This document shows, in pieces, positions 18,832 to 27,839 of a stretch of DNA of 64,000 nucleotides. This stretch comes from Bacillota bacterium (lineage in GTDB: Bacteria > Bacillota_I > Bacilli_A > Erysipelotrichales > Coprobacillaceae). Below the pieces are notes generated by a model. That model worked only from the letters and a program-made list of their open reading frames with translations. It was not told where the DNA came from and did no database searches. The stretch's first letter is position 1. Every line of letters begins with the position of its first letter. Position numbers and translations under genes: made by a program. Where the stretch lies: contig JAUNWT010000001.1 of the NCBI GenBank assembly GCA_030540195.1, forward strand, positions 28,598-92,597, in the 5' to 3' direction.

Positions 18832-19717
18832 GTCTACTAAAATAAATGATATTTTAAACAATCTGTTATTTAAAGATATAGGACAATTTCTATTTCCAAC
18901 AGATTTTTATTCAATCACAAATACCATGACTTTAAAAGATGTAGATCATCTACTTCCTTATCATAGTCATATTGAAGTAGATACAACTTTAGAAGTATTA
19001 GAATATTTAGAAAAGCAAAGAAAACAAGGAAATCAAGTATTCTATGATATCTATACAGAAAAAGAAAAACAAGCAGATCCTTCTAAAAGAAAAACAGGAT
19101 TATTCTTTTTCAAAGGAAAGAAAAATGCACCTTTTGCCATCGTTAATGCAGGTGGTGGTTTTAGCTATGTTGGTTCGATTCATGAAAGTATGCCTCATGC
19201 CCTTTATTTATCAAAACAAGGCTACAATGGTTTTGCCTTACAATATCGTACAGGTGGAGCGGATGTCGCATGTGTTGATCTTGCAAGAGCAATTGAATTT
19301 ATCTTTGAACATGCCAAAGAATTAGAAATTGATACAAATTGTTATTCTTTATGGGGTGGTTCTGCCGGAGCAAGAATGGCTGCTTATTTAGGAAGCTATG
19401 GCACTATTTCTTTTGGTGGAAAATATTTACCAAAACCAGGAACAGTAGTTATGCAATATACGGGACATAGTGATTATACAAAAAATGAACCACCAACTTT
19501 TGTATGTGTTGGTGAAAATGATGGGATCGCTTCTTGGCGTGTTATGGAAAGAAGAATTCATATTTTAAAACATCAAGGGGTTGATGTTGAATTCCACAAA
19601 TATCCTTCTTTAGGACATGGTTTTGGTTTAGGTATTCATACAAGTGCTAAAGGATGGATCAATGATGCCATTCATTTTTGGCAAAAACAAATAGATAAAG
19701 GAGAAGATGAAAAATGA
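18824..19717 (+). CDS. Alpha/beta hydrolase (esterase/lipase-like)
   Basis: ORF track 18818..19717. ATG 18824 preferred (AAGGAG SD 7 nt upstream). Nucleophile elbow WGGSAGA (G-x-S-x-G) and C-terminal LGHGFG. Confidence 0.8.
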   Translation: MNESTKINDILNNLLFKDIGQFLFPTDFYSITNTMTLKDVDHLLPYHSHIEVDTTLEVLEYLEKQRKQGNQVFYDIYTEKEKQADPSKRKTGLFFFKGKKNAPFAIVNAGGGFSYVGSIHESMPHALYLSKQGYNGFALQYRTGGADVACVDLARAIEFIFEHAKELEIDTNCYSLWGGSAGARMAAYLGSYGTISFGGKYLPKPGTVVMQYTGHSDYTKNEPPTFVCVGENDGIASWRVMERRIHILKHQGVDVEFHKYPSLGHGFGLGIHTSAKGWINDAIHFWQKQIDKGEDEK

Positions 19718-20274
19718 GAAAGAATTTTGGAGCACAACCTTATTTATATCCACAACCAGTGATGATTATTGGAACATATGATGAAAATGGCAAAGCAAAT
19801 GCGATGAATGCTGCGTGGGGAGGAATTGTTGGTAGAGATGAAATCATGATCGATTTATCTTCACATAAAACAACAAAGAACTTAGAAGTTACCAAAGCAT
19901 TTACTGTAAGTGTGGCAGATACAAAACATTTAGTTGCTTGTGATTATGTTGGGGTAGAATCTGCCAACAATTGTGAAAATAAAATGGAAAAGGCTGGATT
20001 TACAACAGTTAAAAGTGAATTTGTGAATGCACCTATTATCAATGAACTTCCTCTTACTTTAGAATGTGAATTAGTAAAAGTAATTGATGGAAGTAAGTAT
20101 TTAGGACGTATTGTTAATGTAAGTATTGATGAAGAAGTTTTAGGAGAAGATGGTAAGTTAAGTTTAGAAAAATTTAAACCTATTACTTTTGATACGATCC
20201 ATGGACAATATATTGAATTAGGAAAATGTGTAGGAAAAGCATTTCATGATGGTTTACAATTAAAAAATAAATAG
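19714..20274 (+). CDS. Flavin reductase family protein (Flavin_Reduct domain)
   Basis: 186 aa. ATGA overlap with the upstream gene. PVMIIGTYDENGKANAMNAAWGG is typical of the FMN-binding split-barrel flavin reductase family. No signal peptide. Confidence 0.8.
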   Translation: MRKNFGAQPYLYPQPVMIIGTYDENGKANAMNAAWGGIVGRDEIMIDLSSHKTTKNLEVTKAFTVSVADTKHLVACDYVGVESANNCENKMEKAGFTTVKSEFVNAPIINELPLTLECELVKVIDGSKYLGRIVNVSIDEEVLGEDGKLSLEKFKPITFDTIHGQYIELGKCVGKAFHDGLQLKNK

Positions 20275-20286
20275 GAGATTAATTCT

Positions 20287-20922
20287 ATGACAAAAAAATT
20301 AAAAATATTTTTGATTGCCTTAGTTGTTATTATTGCGGGTGTTGGTGGTTACTTGGTTTATAATTCACAAAAATCTTCTACAACAGAAGAAAAAGTTGTT
20401 ACAAATGAAACCAAATCATCGACAAAGAAAGTACAAGGTGATGGTAAAACTTTAGTGGTTTATTATTCAGCACAAAATCATACCAAAGATGTTGCTGAAA
20501 AAGTTGCTGAAAATTTAGGAGCAGATCTTTTTGAAATTGAACCTAAAGAAAAATACACGGAAGATGATCTAGACTGGACGAATGATGATTCAAGAGTGAC
20601 AAGAGAACATGAAGATACATCTTTAAGAAATATAGAATTAAAAACAACAGAAGTAGAAAACTGGGATCAATATGATACCGTGCTTATTGGTTATCCTATT
20701 TGGTGGGGTATTGCGGCATGGCCTGTTGATACATTTGTTAAGAATAATGATTTTTCTAATAAAACGGTTATTCCTTTCTGTACTTCTGCTTCATCAGGTC
20801 TAGGTGAAAGTGGTACAAAGCTTCAAAAAGAAGCAAAAGGTGGTAATTGGCAAAAAGGACAAAGATTTAGTTCAAGTCCATCTGATTCTACAATTAAAGA
20901 TTGGGCAGATAGTTTAAAATAA
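20287..20922 (+). CDS. Flavodoxin-family protein with N-terminal signal-anchor helix (paralog of 18193..18831)
   Basis: 211 aa. MTKKLK plus helix IFLIALVVIIAGVGGYLVY, a Ser/Thr/Lys-rich linker, then KTLVVYYSAQNHTKDVAEKV and IGYPIWWGIAAWP. Confidence 0.75.
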   Translation: MTKKLKIFLIALVVIIAGVGGYLVYNSQKSSTTEEKVVTNETKSSTKKVQGDGKTLVVYYSAQNHTKDVAEKVAENLGADLFEIEPKEKYTEDDLDWTNDDSRVTREHEDTSLRNIELKTTEVENWDQYDTVLIGYPIWWGIAAWPVDTFVKNNDFSNKTVIPFCTSASSGLGESGTKLQKEAKGGNWQKGQRFSSSPSDSTIKDWADSLK

Positions 20923-20979
20923 GGCATTATTTAATAAATGCCGAATTGTCGAAAAAAGTGCCGAAAATAATAAGAATAG

Positions 20980-21009
20980 AGTTCGTGTTTTATAAACATG
21001 AACTTTTTT
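20980..21009 (+). terminator. Rho-independent terminator after redox operon
   Basis: AGTTCGTGTTT-TAT-AAACATGAACT hairpin (one G-U pair) followed by T6. Confidence 0.7.
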
Positions 21010-21012
21010 CAT

Positions 21013-21078
21013 TTTACATAAACTTAACATAAACCATACGTTCTTTTGATTTTTGAATGTGTTGAAAAACACTATGAT
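21013..21078 (+). promoter_or_regulatory. Pho box array and -10 of pstS promoter
   Basis: Hexamers on an 11-bp period: TTTACA (21013), TTAACA (21024), CATACG (21035), TTGATT (21046), matching the PhoP box TT(A/T/C)ACA-N5. TATGAT -10 at 21073-21078. No canonical -35. Confidence 0.6.
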
Positions 21079-21149
21079 ATGGGTGTCTTAAGAAAAGGAA
21101 ACAAAAACAAATAATATCTTAAGAGAAAACAAAGGAAGGTAAATAAAAA

Positions 21150-21983
21150 ATGAAAAAGAAAGTATTAAGTGTTTTAATGGTTTTCATGATGTGTTTAGGT
21201 TTAGCCGGATGTGGCGGAGGATCAAGTAGTGCATCAGATGACATTAGTGGAAAGGTAAGTTTAAACGGATCAACTTCAATGGAAAAATTCGTCAATGCCT
21301 TATCAGAAGGAATTAAAGAAAAATATCCAAACTTACAATTAGAAGCACAATTTACAGGATCAGGTGCAGGTCTAGAAGCAGTTGCATCAAAAACAACAGA
21401 TATCGGAGATTCATCTCGTGCTTTAACTGATGATGAAAAAGCAAAGGGATTAGAAGAAAATATCGTCGCTATCGATGGTATCGCAATGATTACTAACAAA
21501 TCTAATAAAGTAACAAACTTAACAAAAGATCAATTAGCTCAAATCTATACAGGACAAATTACTAACTGGAAAGATTTAGGTGGACAAGATGAAGCAATCG
21601 TTGTTATCGGACGTGAAGCTGGTTCAGGAACTCGTGGAGCTTTCGAAGAATTATTAGGAATTGAAGATCAATGTCAATATGCTCAAGAATTAAATGAAAC
21701 TGGTGCTGTTCTTGCTAAAGTTGCTAAAACTTCTGGATCAATCGGTTATGTTTCATTAGATGTATTAGATGATACAGTTGCTCCTCTTCAATTAGATGGT
21801 GTTGAACCTAGTGAAAAAACTGTTAAAGATGGAAGCTATGCTTTACAAAGACCATTCGTAATGGCTACAAATGGAAAAATCAGTGAACAATCTAAACAAG
21901 TTCAAGCAGTATTTGATTTCATCAACAGTAAAGATGGACAAAAAATCATTGAAAAAGTTGGATTAGTAACACCAAATAAATAA
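21150..21983 (+). CDS. pstS: Phosphate ABC transporter substrate-binding lipoprotein
   Basis: 277 aa. Lipobox LAGCGG. PBP-like fold motifs (GSGAG, GREAGSGTRGAF). First gene of the pst operon. Confidence 0.9.
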   Translation: MKKKVLSVLMVFMMCLGLAGCGGGSSSASDDISGKVSLNGSTSMEKFVNALSEGIKEKYPNLQLEAQFTGSGAGLEAVASKTTDIGDSSRALTDDEKAKGLEENIVAIDGIAMITNKSNKVTNLTKDQLAQIYTGQITNWKDLGGQDEAIVVIGREAGSGTRGAFEELLGIEDQCQYAQELNETGAVLAKVAKTSGSIGYVSLDVLDDTVAPLQLDGVEPSEKTVKDGSYALQRPFVMATNGKISEQSKQVQAVFDFINSKDGQKIIEKVGLVTPNK

Positions 21984-22002
21984 AAATAAAGAGGGAAGTA
22001 TT

Positions 22003-22932
22003 ATGGAAAAAAAGTTATCAATTATTAACCATAAGAAAGCAAAATCCCTAGTAGAAAAAACAGCCGCGATGATCTTTCGTGGCTGTGCTATTATATCAGT
22101 CCTTGCGGTTATTACCATTACAGGATATATGATTATTTCAGGGACACCTGCTATTTTTAAAGAAGGAATTACAGGTATTTTGTTTTCTACAACATGGAAA
22201 CCAACAGCAGCCCATCCTCAATATGGGATTGCCTATGTTATTTTAACTTCTATCGTAGGGGTTTTTCTAGCAATCTGTATAGGAGTACCTATTGGTTTAT
22301 TTACAGCAATCAACCTTGCTGAAATTGCTCCACCAAAACTTAGAAAAATATTAAAATCAGCAATTGAATTACTTGCAGGGATTCCATCTGTTGTTTATGG
22401 ATTATTAGGAATTCTTATTGTCAATCCAATGATGTATAAATTAGAATTAATGATTTATCATGGTTCTAAAACACATCAATTTACCGGTGGTGCAAACCTT
22501 ATATCTGCAATTATCGTACTAGCAATCATGATTTTACCTACACTTATCAATATTTCAGAAACAGCTTTAAAAGCCGTTCCTGATGATTACCGTAAAAGCT
22601 CATTAGCTCTAGGGGCAAGTAAAATTCAAACAATCTTTAAAGTTGTTGTACCAAGTGCTAAATCAGGTATTATGTCAGCTATTGTACTTGGTGTAGGTCG
22701 TGCTATTGGAGAAGCGATGGCTATTTTGTTAGTAGCCGGAAATGCAGTCTCTCTTCCACTTCCATTTAATTCTGTTCGTTTCTTAACAACAGCCATCGTT
22801 TCAGAAATGGGATATGCCAGTGGTACACATAGACAAGTTTTATTCACAATTGGACTTGTACTGTTTATCTTTATCATGATTATTAACTTAGTCTTAACAT
22901 ATGTTTTAAAAAGAGGTGACTTAGATGAATAA
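22003..22932 (+). CDS. pstC: Phosphate ABC transporter permease
   Basis: 309 aa polytopic membrane protein between pstS and pstA. Permease EAA-type loop (SSLALGASKIQTIFKVVVP). Confidence 0.9.
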   Translation: MEKKLSIINHKKAKSLVEKTAAMIFRGCAIISVLAVITITGYMIISGTPAIFKEGITGILFSTTWKPTAAHPQYGIAYVILTSIVGVFLAICIGVPIGLFTAINLAEIAPPKLRKILKSAIELLAGIPSVVYGLLGILIVNPMMYKLELMIYHGSKTHQFTGGANLISAIIVLAIMILPTLINISETALKAVPDDYRKSSLALGASKIQTIFKVVVPSAKSGIMSAIVLGVGRAIGEAMAILLVAGNAVSLPLPFNSVRFLTTAIVSEMGYASGTHRQVLFTIGLVLFIFIMIINLVLTYVLKRGDLDE

Positions 22933-23791
22933 TACAATCTTAGAAAAAAAGAAACGTGTCAGTGATCAAGTTCTTTATGCACTTATTCAATTAAGTTCAT
23001 TTCTTTCAATCTTTATTTTATTAGTTATTATTGGTTATATCCTCTATCGAGGAATACCAGCCTTTGATTTTTCTTATTTAGTAAATACAACAAGTATCAT
23101 TAATGATACGGTAGGTATATTACCTAATATCGTTAATACTCTTTATATTGTTATTGTGACACTTCTTGTTGCTTGTCCAATAGGAATCGGTGGAGCAATT
23201 TATCTAAATGAATATACAAAAAATAAAAAATTCGTCAGTATCATTTCATTTACAACAGAAGTCTTAGCCGGTATTCCTTCAATTATCTATGGATTATTTG
23301 GGATGCTGTTCTTTGGATCTGTTTGTCATTTAGGATTTTCAATTTTGACAGGTTCACTTACACTTGCCATTATGATTTTACCAATCATTTCAAGAAATAC
23401 TCAAACAGCTCTAGAATGTGTTCCTAAAAGCTATCGTGAAGCTGCATTAGGAATTGGGGCAACAAAATGGTATATGATTCGTACAGTTCTTTTACCAAGT
23501 GCGATTCCTGGAATTTTAACAGGAGTTATTCTAGCAATGGGACGTATCGTTGCTGAATCAGCTGCTTTATTATTTACAGCTGGTTCTGTCGCAATCTTAC
23601 CAACAAGTATTTTTGGTCATTTATTAAGTAGTGGGGGTACTCTTACAATTCAATTATATTTAGAAATGGCTAAAGGAAATTATGAAGTTTCATTTGTGAT
23701 TGCTCTTGTTTTAGTTGTTATTGTTTTAGGATTAAATATGTTAGCTAAATGGATCAGTCGTAAATTTGATGTGAATAAAGGGGATAATTAA
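22925..23791 (+). CDS. pstA: Phosphate ABC transporter permease
   Basis: 288 aa. [20 protein letters not shown] loop. Overlaps the pstC stop. Confidence 0.9.
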   Translation: MNNTILEKKKRVSDQVLYALIQLSSFLSIFILLVIIGYILYRGIPAFDFSYLVNTTSIINDTVGILPNIVNTLYIVIVTLLVACPIGIGGAIYLNEYTKNKKFVSIISFTTEVLAGIPSIIYGLFGMLFFGSVCHLGFSILTGSLTLAIMILPIISRNTQTALECVPKSYREAALGIGATKWYMIRTVLLPSAIPGILTGVILAMGRIVAESAALLFTAGSVAILPTSIFGHLLSSGGTLTIQLYLEMAKGNYEVSFVIALVLVVIVLGLNMLAKWISRKFDVNKGDN

Positions 23792-23792
23792 G

Positions 23793-24548
23793 ATGGAAAA
23801 TAAAATAGAAGCAAGACATCTGAATTTATACTATGGACAAAAACATGCGTTAAAAGATGTCAACTTAGATATTAAAGAAAATAAAATTACAGCATTTATT
23901 GGACCTTCAGGATGTGGTAAATCAACATTTTTAAAAACATTGAATCGTATGAATGATTATGTTGATAATGTTAAAATTGAAGGGGATGTCATCTTAGATG
24001 GTGAAGATATCTATGATAGCCGTGTTGATACAACATTACTTAGAAAAAAAGTCGGAATGGTTTTCCAACAACCAAATCCATTCCCTATGTCAATTTATGA
24101 TAATGTCGCTTATGGACCTCGTATCCATGGAATTAAAAATAAAAAAGAACTTGATAAAATCGTTGAAGATAGTTTAAAAGCAGCTGCACTTTACGACGAA
24201 GTGTCAGATCGTTTGCATTCAAGTGCTTTAGGTTTATCTGGTGGACAACAACAAAGATTATGTATTGCTCGTGCTTTAGCTGTACAACCAGAAGTTATCT
24301 TATTAGATGAACCAACAAGTGCCTTAGATCCAATTTCAACACTTAAAATCGAAGAACTTTTATTACAATTAAAAGATCAATATACAATTGCAATCGTTAC
24401 TCACAATATGCAACAAGCAAGTCGTATTGCTGATTATACAGCCTTCTTCTTAGTTGGAGAAATGGTAGAATATGGACCAACAAAAGATGTCTTTGGTATG
24501 CCAAAAGATAAAAGAACTGAAGATTATATTACTGGTAGATTTGGATAG
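23793..24548 (+). CDS. pstB: Phosphate ABC transporter ATP-binding protein
   Basis: 251 aa. Walker [10 protein letters not shown], signature LSGGQQQRL, Walker B ILLDEP. Confidence 0.95.
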   Translation: MENKIEARHLNLYYGQKHALKDVNLDIKENKITAFIGPSGCGKSTFLKTLNRMNDYVDNVKIEGDVILDGEDIYDSRVDTTLLRKKVGMVFQQPNPFPMSIYDNVAYGPRIHGIKNKKELDKIVEDSLKAAALYDEVSDRLHSSALGLSGGQQQRLCIARALAVQPEVILLDEPTSALDPISTLKIEELLLQLKDQYTIAIVTHNMQQASRIADYTAFFLVGEMVEYGPTKDVFGMPKDKRTEDYITGRFG

Positions 24549-24560
24549 GGGGAGATTAAG

Positions 24561-25220
24561 ATGCCAAGAAGTCAATTTGATCAAGAACTTAATAAGATGC
24601 ATGTTGATTTAGATAGAATGTGTCATCTTGTTGTTTTAGCTATTGAAAACTGTGTTACAGCTTTTAAGGAACAAGATTATGAACTTGCTCAAGATATTAT
24701 TCATGGGGATAAACAAATTAATGATGTTGAAAGATCCATTGAAGCAAAATGTTTATCATTGATTTTAAAACAACAACCTGTTGCTTCTGATTTAAGAGAT
24801 GTTTCAACTGCTTTAAAAGTAGTCACTGATTTAGAAAGGATTGGTGATCAAAGTGCAGATATCGCTGAATTAATTTTAGAAATGAAAGAAATGGATACTT
24901 TCTTAATGATTGGACATATTCAAGATATGGCAAAAATTGCAACAAAGATGGTAAAAGAATCTTTAGAAGCATTCCATCAACATGATTTAAAACATGCTTT
25001 AGAAGTTAAGAAGATGGATATTCAAATGGATGAATTATTTGATAAAGTCAAAGAAGATATTATTCAAATGATTAAAGAATCAAATGATAAAGGTGATTTA
25101 ACAATCAATTTCTTAATGATTGCGAAATACTTTGAAAGAATTGGTGATCATGTTGTTAATATTTGTGAATGGATCGAGTTCAACCAAACAGGAAAACTTA
25201 ACAATACACGATTAATTTAG
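24561..25220 (+). CDS. phoU: Phosphate signalling complex protein PhoU
   Basis: 219 aa. Two PhoU repeats with the ERIGD motif twice (LERIGDQSADI, FERIGDHVVNI). Confidence 0.9.
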   Translation: MPRSQFDQELNKMHVDLDRMCHLVVLAIENCVTAFKEQDYELAQDIIHGDKQINDVERSIEAKCLSLILKQQPVASDLRDVSTALKVVTDLERIGDQSADIAELILEMKEMDTFLMIGHIQDMAKIATKMVKESLEAFHQHDLKHALEVKKMDIQMDELFDKVKEDIIQMIKESNDKGDLTINFLMIAKYFERIGDHVVNICEWIEFNQTGKLNNTRLI

Positions 25221-25243
25221 ACCTCTTTTATAGAGGTTTTTTC
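25220..25243 (+). terminator. Rho-independent terminator after phoU
   Basis: ACCTCT-TTTAT-AGAGGT hairpin followed by T6. Confidence 0.6.
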
Positions 25244-25272
25244 TTTTAAGTTCTTTTATTTCTAATCAACTT

Positions 25273-25318
25273 TTAACCTAAACTTAACATAAGTACCCCT
25301 TTCCTATGTTAAGATAAT
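25273..25318 (+). promoter_or_regulatory. Pho boxes and -10 upstream of phoPR
   Basis: TTAACC (25273), N5, TTAACA (25284). The 13-mer TAAACTTAACATA is shared with the pstS promoter. Perfect 9-bp inverted copy CTTAACATA (25283-25291) / TATGTTAAG (25305-25313). GATAAT -10 at 25313-25318. Confidence 0.5.
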
Positions 25319-25336
25319 GTAAAGGATGTGAATAGG

Positions 25337-26017
25337 ATGAAAGAATGTATATATGTTATAGAAGATGATGAAAATATTAGAGAAATTATAGAATTAGCTT
25401 TAACGAGTGCAGGTTATACTGTTAAACAATTTTCTAATGCGTTGGATGCTTTAAAAAGTATGGAAAATGAACAAGTGGATTTAGCGGTTTTTGATTTAAT
25501 GTTACCGGGTATTTCAGGAATTGATGCCATCAAGAAAATTAGAGAAACGGATCAAGAAATGCCAATACTTATTTTAAGCGCTAAAGATCGAGAAATTGAT
25601 AAAGTCAATGGTTTAGATAGTGGTAGTGATGATTATATGACAAAACCTTTTGGGGTTTTAGAATTACAAGCAAGAGTTCGTTCTTTGCTTAGAAGACACA
25701 CACCAAAAACAAAACCAATACTTGAAAGTGATACATTGAAGATTGATAAACAAACAAGAACAGTGATGCGTAATGGACAAGTCATGGAACTTACAAATAA
25801 GGAATATCAATTACTTCTTTATTTAATTGAAAACCATAGTCGAGTAGTAGAAAGAGACGAAATCTTAAATCATATTTGGGGTTATGATTTTATTGGTGAA
25901 TCAAGAGTTTTAGATGTTCATATTCGTGCTTTAAGAGCAAAATTAGATGATGATGGAAATAAATATATTAAGACAATCAGAGGTGTAGGATACCGATTTG
26001 TTGAGGAAGTGAAATAA
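25337..26017 (+). CDS. phoP: OmpR/PhoB-family response regulator
   Basis: ORF track 25328..26017. ATG 25337 preferred (MKECIYVIEDDENIRE). Receiver Asp in AVFDLMLPG. Winged-helix C-terminus IKTIRGVGYRF. Confidence 0.85.
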   Translation: MKECIYVIEDDENIREIIELALTSAGYTVKQFSNALDALKSMENEQVDLAVFDLMLPGISGIDAIKKIRETDQEMPILILSAKDREIDKVNGLDSGSDDYMTKPFGVLELQARVRSLLRRHTPKTKPILESDTLKIDKQTRTVMRNGQVMELTNKEYQLLLYLIENHSRVVERDEILNHIWGYDFIGESRVLDVHIRALRAKLDDDGNKYIKTIRGVGYRFVEEVK

Positions 26018-26018
26018 A

Positions 26019-27710
26019 ATGAATAAAGCGTTATTTAAATATTTTGCGACAGTTTTAATTGTGACACTGTTGTTTTCTTCAAGTGTATCGATGGTTATTT
26101 TATCTGATCAAATGATGCAAACAACAAAAAAAGATATGTTCTATACGGTAAAACTTGTGGAAAACCAAATTGATTATCAAAAACCTTTAGATACTCAAGT
26201 AGATAAACTTAACGATTTAGCTTATACCGAAGATACACGTCTTACAATTATTGATAAAGATGGAAATGTTTTAGCGGATAGTGACAAAGAGGGCATTCAA
26301 GAAAATCATAGTGGGCGTAGTGAATTTAAAGAAGCTTTAAGTGACCAGTTTGGTTATGCGACGCGTTATTCTTCAACGGTTAAAAAGAATTTAATGTATG
26401 TGGCTTATTATCATCGTGGTTATGTTGTTCGTATTGCAATTCCCTATAATGGAATCTTTGATAATATGGGACCTCTTTTAGAACCATTATTTATTAGTGC
26501 AGCTTTATCATTATGTGTTGCTTTAGCTCTTTCTTATCGTTTTTCTAGAACACTTACTAAGCCACTAGAAGAAATTAGTGAAGAAGTTTCTAAAATCAAT
26601 GATAATCGTTATTTAAGTTTTGATCATTATCAATATGAAGAATTTAATGTTATTGCGACAAAGCTTAAAGAACAAGCAGACACAATAAGAAAAACATTAA
26701 AAACTTTGAAAAAAGAAAGCTTAAAAATAAATAGTATCCTCGATAAAATGAATGAAGGATTCATTTTATTAGATACCAATTATGAAATACTTATGGTCAA
26801 TAAAAAAGCAAAACAACTCTTTAGTGATCGAATGGAAGTCAATCAACCTATTCAAGATTTTATCTTTGATCACCAAATTATTGATCAATTAGAAAATATT
26901 GGGGTAGAACCTAAAATCGTTACTCTAAAAAAAGATGAAGAAGTCTATGATTGTCATCTAGCAAAAGTAGAATATGGTGTGACTTTACTTTTTGTCAATG
27001 TCACAGATTCTGTTAATGCTACAAAAATGCGACAAGAATTTTTCTCAAATGTATCTCATGAATTAAAAACACCAATGACATCTATTCGAGGTTATAGTGA
27101 ACTTCTTCAAACAGGAATGATTGATGATCCAAAAGCAAGAAAACAAGCATTGGATAAAATTCAAAAAGAAGTCGATCATATGTCAAATCTTATTGGTGAT
27201 ATCTTAATGATTTCACGTCTTGAAAATAAAGATATTGAAGTTATACAACATCCTGTTCATCTTCAACCAATTGTCGATGATATTTTAGAATCATTAAAAG
27301 TTGAAATTGAAAAGAAAGAAATCACAGTTACCTGTGACTTAACACCACAAACATATCTTTCAAATCATCAACACATCCAACAATTAATGAATAACCTTAT
27401 AAATAATGCAGTAAAATATAATAAACAAAAAGGAAGTTTAAATATTCATTCTTATGTCGTTGATCAAGACTATATTATTGAAGTAAGTGATACCGGTCGA
27501 GGTATTTCACTTATTGATCAAGGTCGTGTTTTTGAACGTTTCTTTAGATGCGATGCAGGACGTGATAAGGAAACAGGTGGTACAGGTCTAGGGCTTGCAA
27601 TCGTAAAACACATTGTTCAATATTATAAAGGAACAATTCATTTAGAAAGTGAATTAGGTAAAGGAACAACCTTTAAGATTGTTTTACCAATAAATAAGGA
27701 CTCGTTGTAG
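26019..27710 (+). CDS. phoR: Phosphate-regulon sensor histidine kinase
   Basis: 563 aa. Two TM segments, PAS-like region, H-box FSNVSHELKTPMTSIRGY, N-box NLINNAVKY, G-box GTGLGLAIVK. Confidence 0.85.
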   Translation: MNKALFKYFATVLIVTLLFSSSVSMVILSDQMMQTTKKDMFYTVKLVENQIDYQKPLDTQVDKLNDLAYTEDTRLTIIDKDGNVLADSDKEGIQENHSGRSEFKEALSDQFGYATRYSSTVKKNLMYVAYYHRGYVVRIAIPYNGIFDNMGPLLEPLFISAALSLCVALALSYRFSRTLTKPLEEISEEVSKINDNRYLSFDHYQYEEFNVIATKLKEQADTIRKTLKTLKKESLKINSILDKMNEGFILLDTNYEILMVNKKAKQLFSDRMEVNQPIQDFIFDHQIIDQLENIGVEPKIVTLKKDEEVYDCHLAKVEYGVTLLFVNVTDSVNATKMRQEFFSNVSHELKTPMTSIRGYSELLQTGMIDDPKARKQALDKIQKEVDHMSNLIGDILMISRLENKDIEVIQHPVHLQPIVDDILESLKVEIEKKEITVTCDLTPQTYLSNHQHIQQLMNNLINNAVKYNKQKGSLNIHSYVVDQDYIIEVSDTGRGISLIDQGRVFERFFRCDAGRDKETGGTGLGLAIVKHIVQYYKGTIHLESELGKGTTFKIVLPINKDSL

Positions 27711-27720
27711 TCCTTTTTTT
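27697..27720 (+). terminator. Rho-independent terminator after phoR
   Basis: AGGACT-CGTTGT-AGTCCT hairpin followed by T7. It overlaps the stop codon. Confidence 0.7.
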
Positions 27721-27737
27721 ATGAAAAAGAGCTATAG

Positions 27738-27818
27738 CTTGATAAAATATGTAATTTTACATATTTTATCAAGTAAAAAAATGTATTTTTGCATATTTTA
27801 TCAAGTTAATGGTATAAT
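27738..27818 (+). promoter_or_regulatory. Triple CATATTTTATCAAG repeat (one inverted pair plus one direct copy) overlapping the promoter of the AAA+ gene
   Basis: CTTGATAAAATATGTAA (27738-27754) and TTACATATTTTATCAAG (27757-27773) form a 17-bp-arm palindrome. A third copy, GCATATTTTATCAAG (27791-27805), overlaps -35 TTGCAT (27789-27794). Extended -10 TGGTATAAT at 27810-27818. Confidence 0.5.
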
Positions 27819-27839
27819 AGAGTAAAGGAAGTGATAAAA

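Noticed and set aside
19172-19181. GGTTCGATTC, resembling a tRNA T-arm (GGTTCGAATCC)
   Set aside because: It lies inside the alpha/beta hydrolase CDS. No acceptor, D or anticodon arms can be built around it. No tRNA genes were found anywhere in the window.
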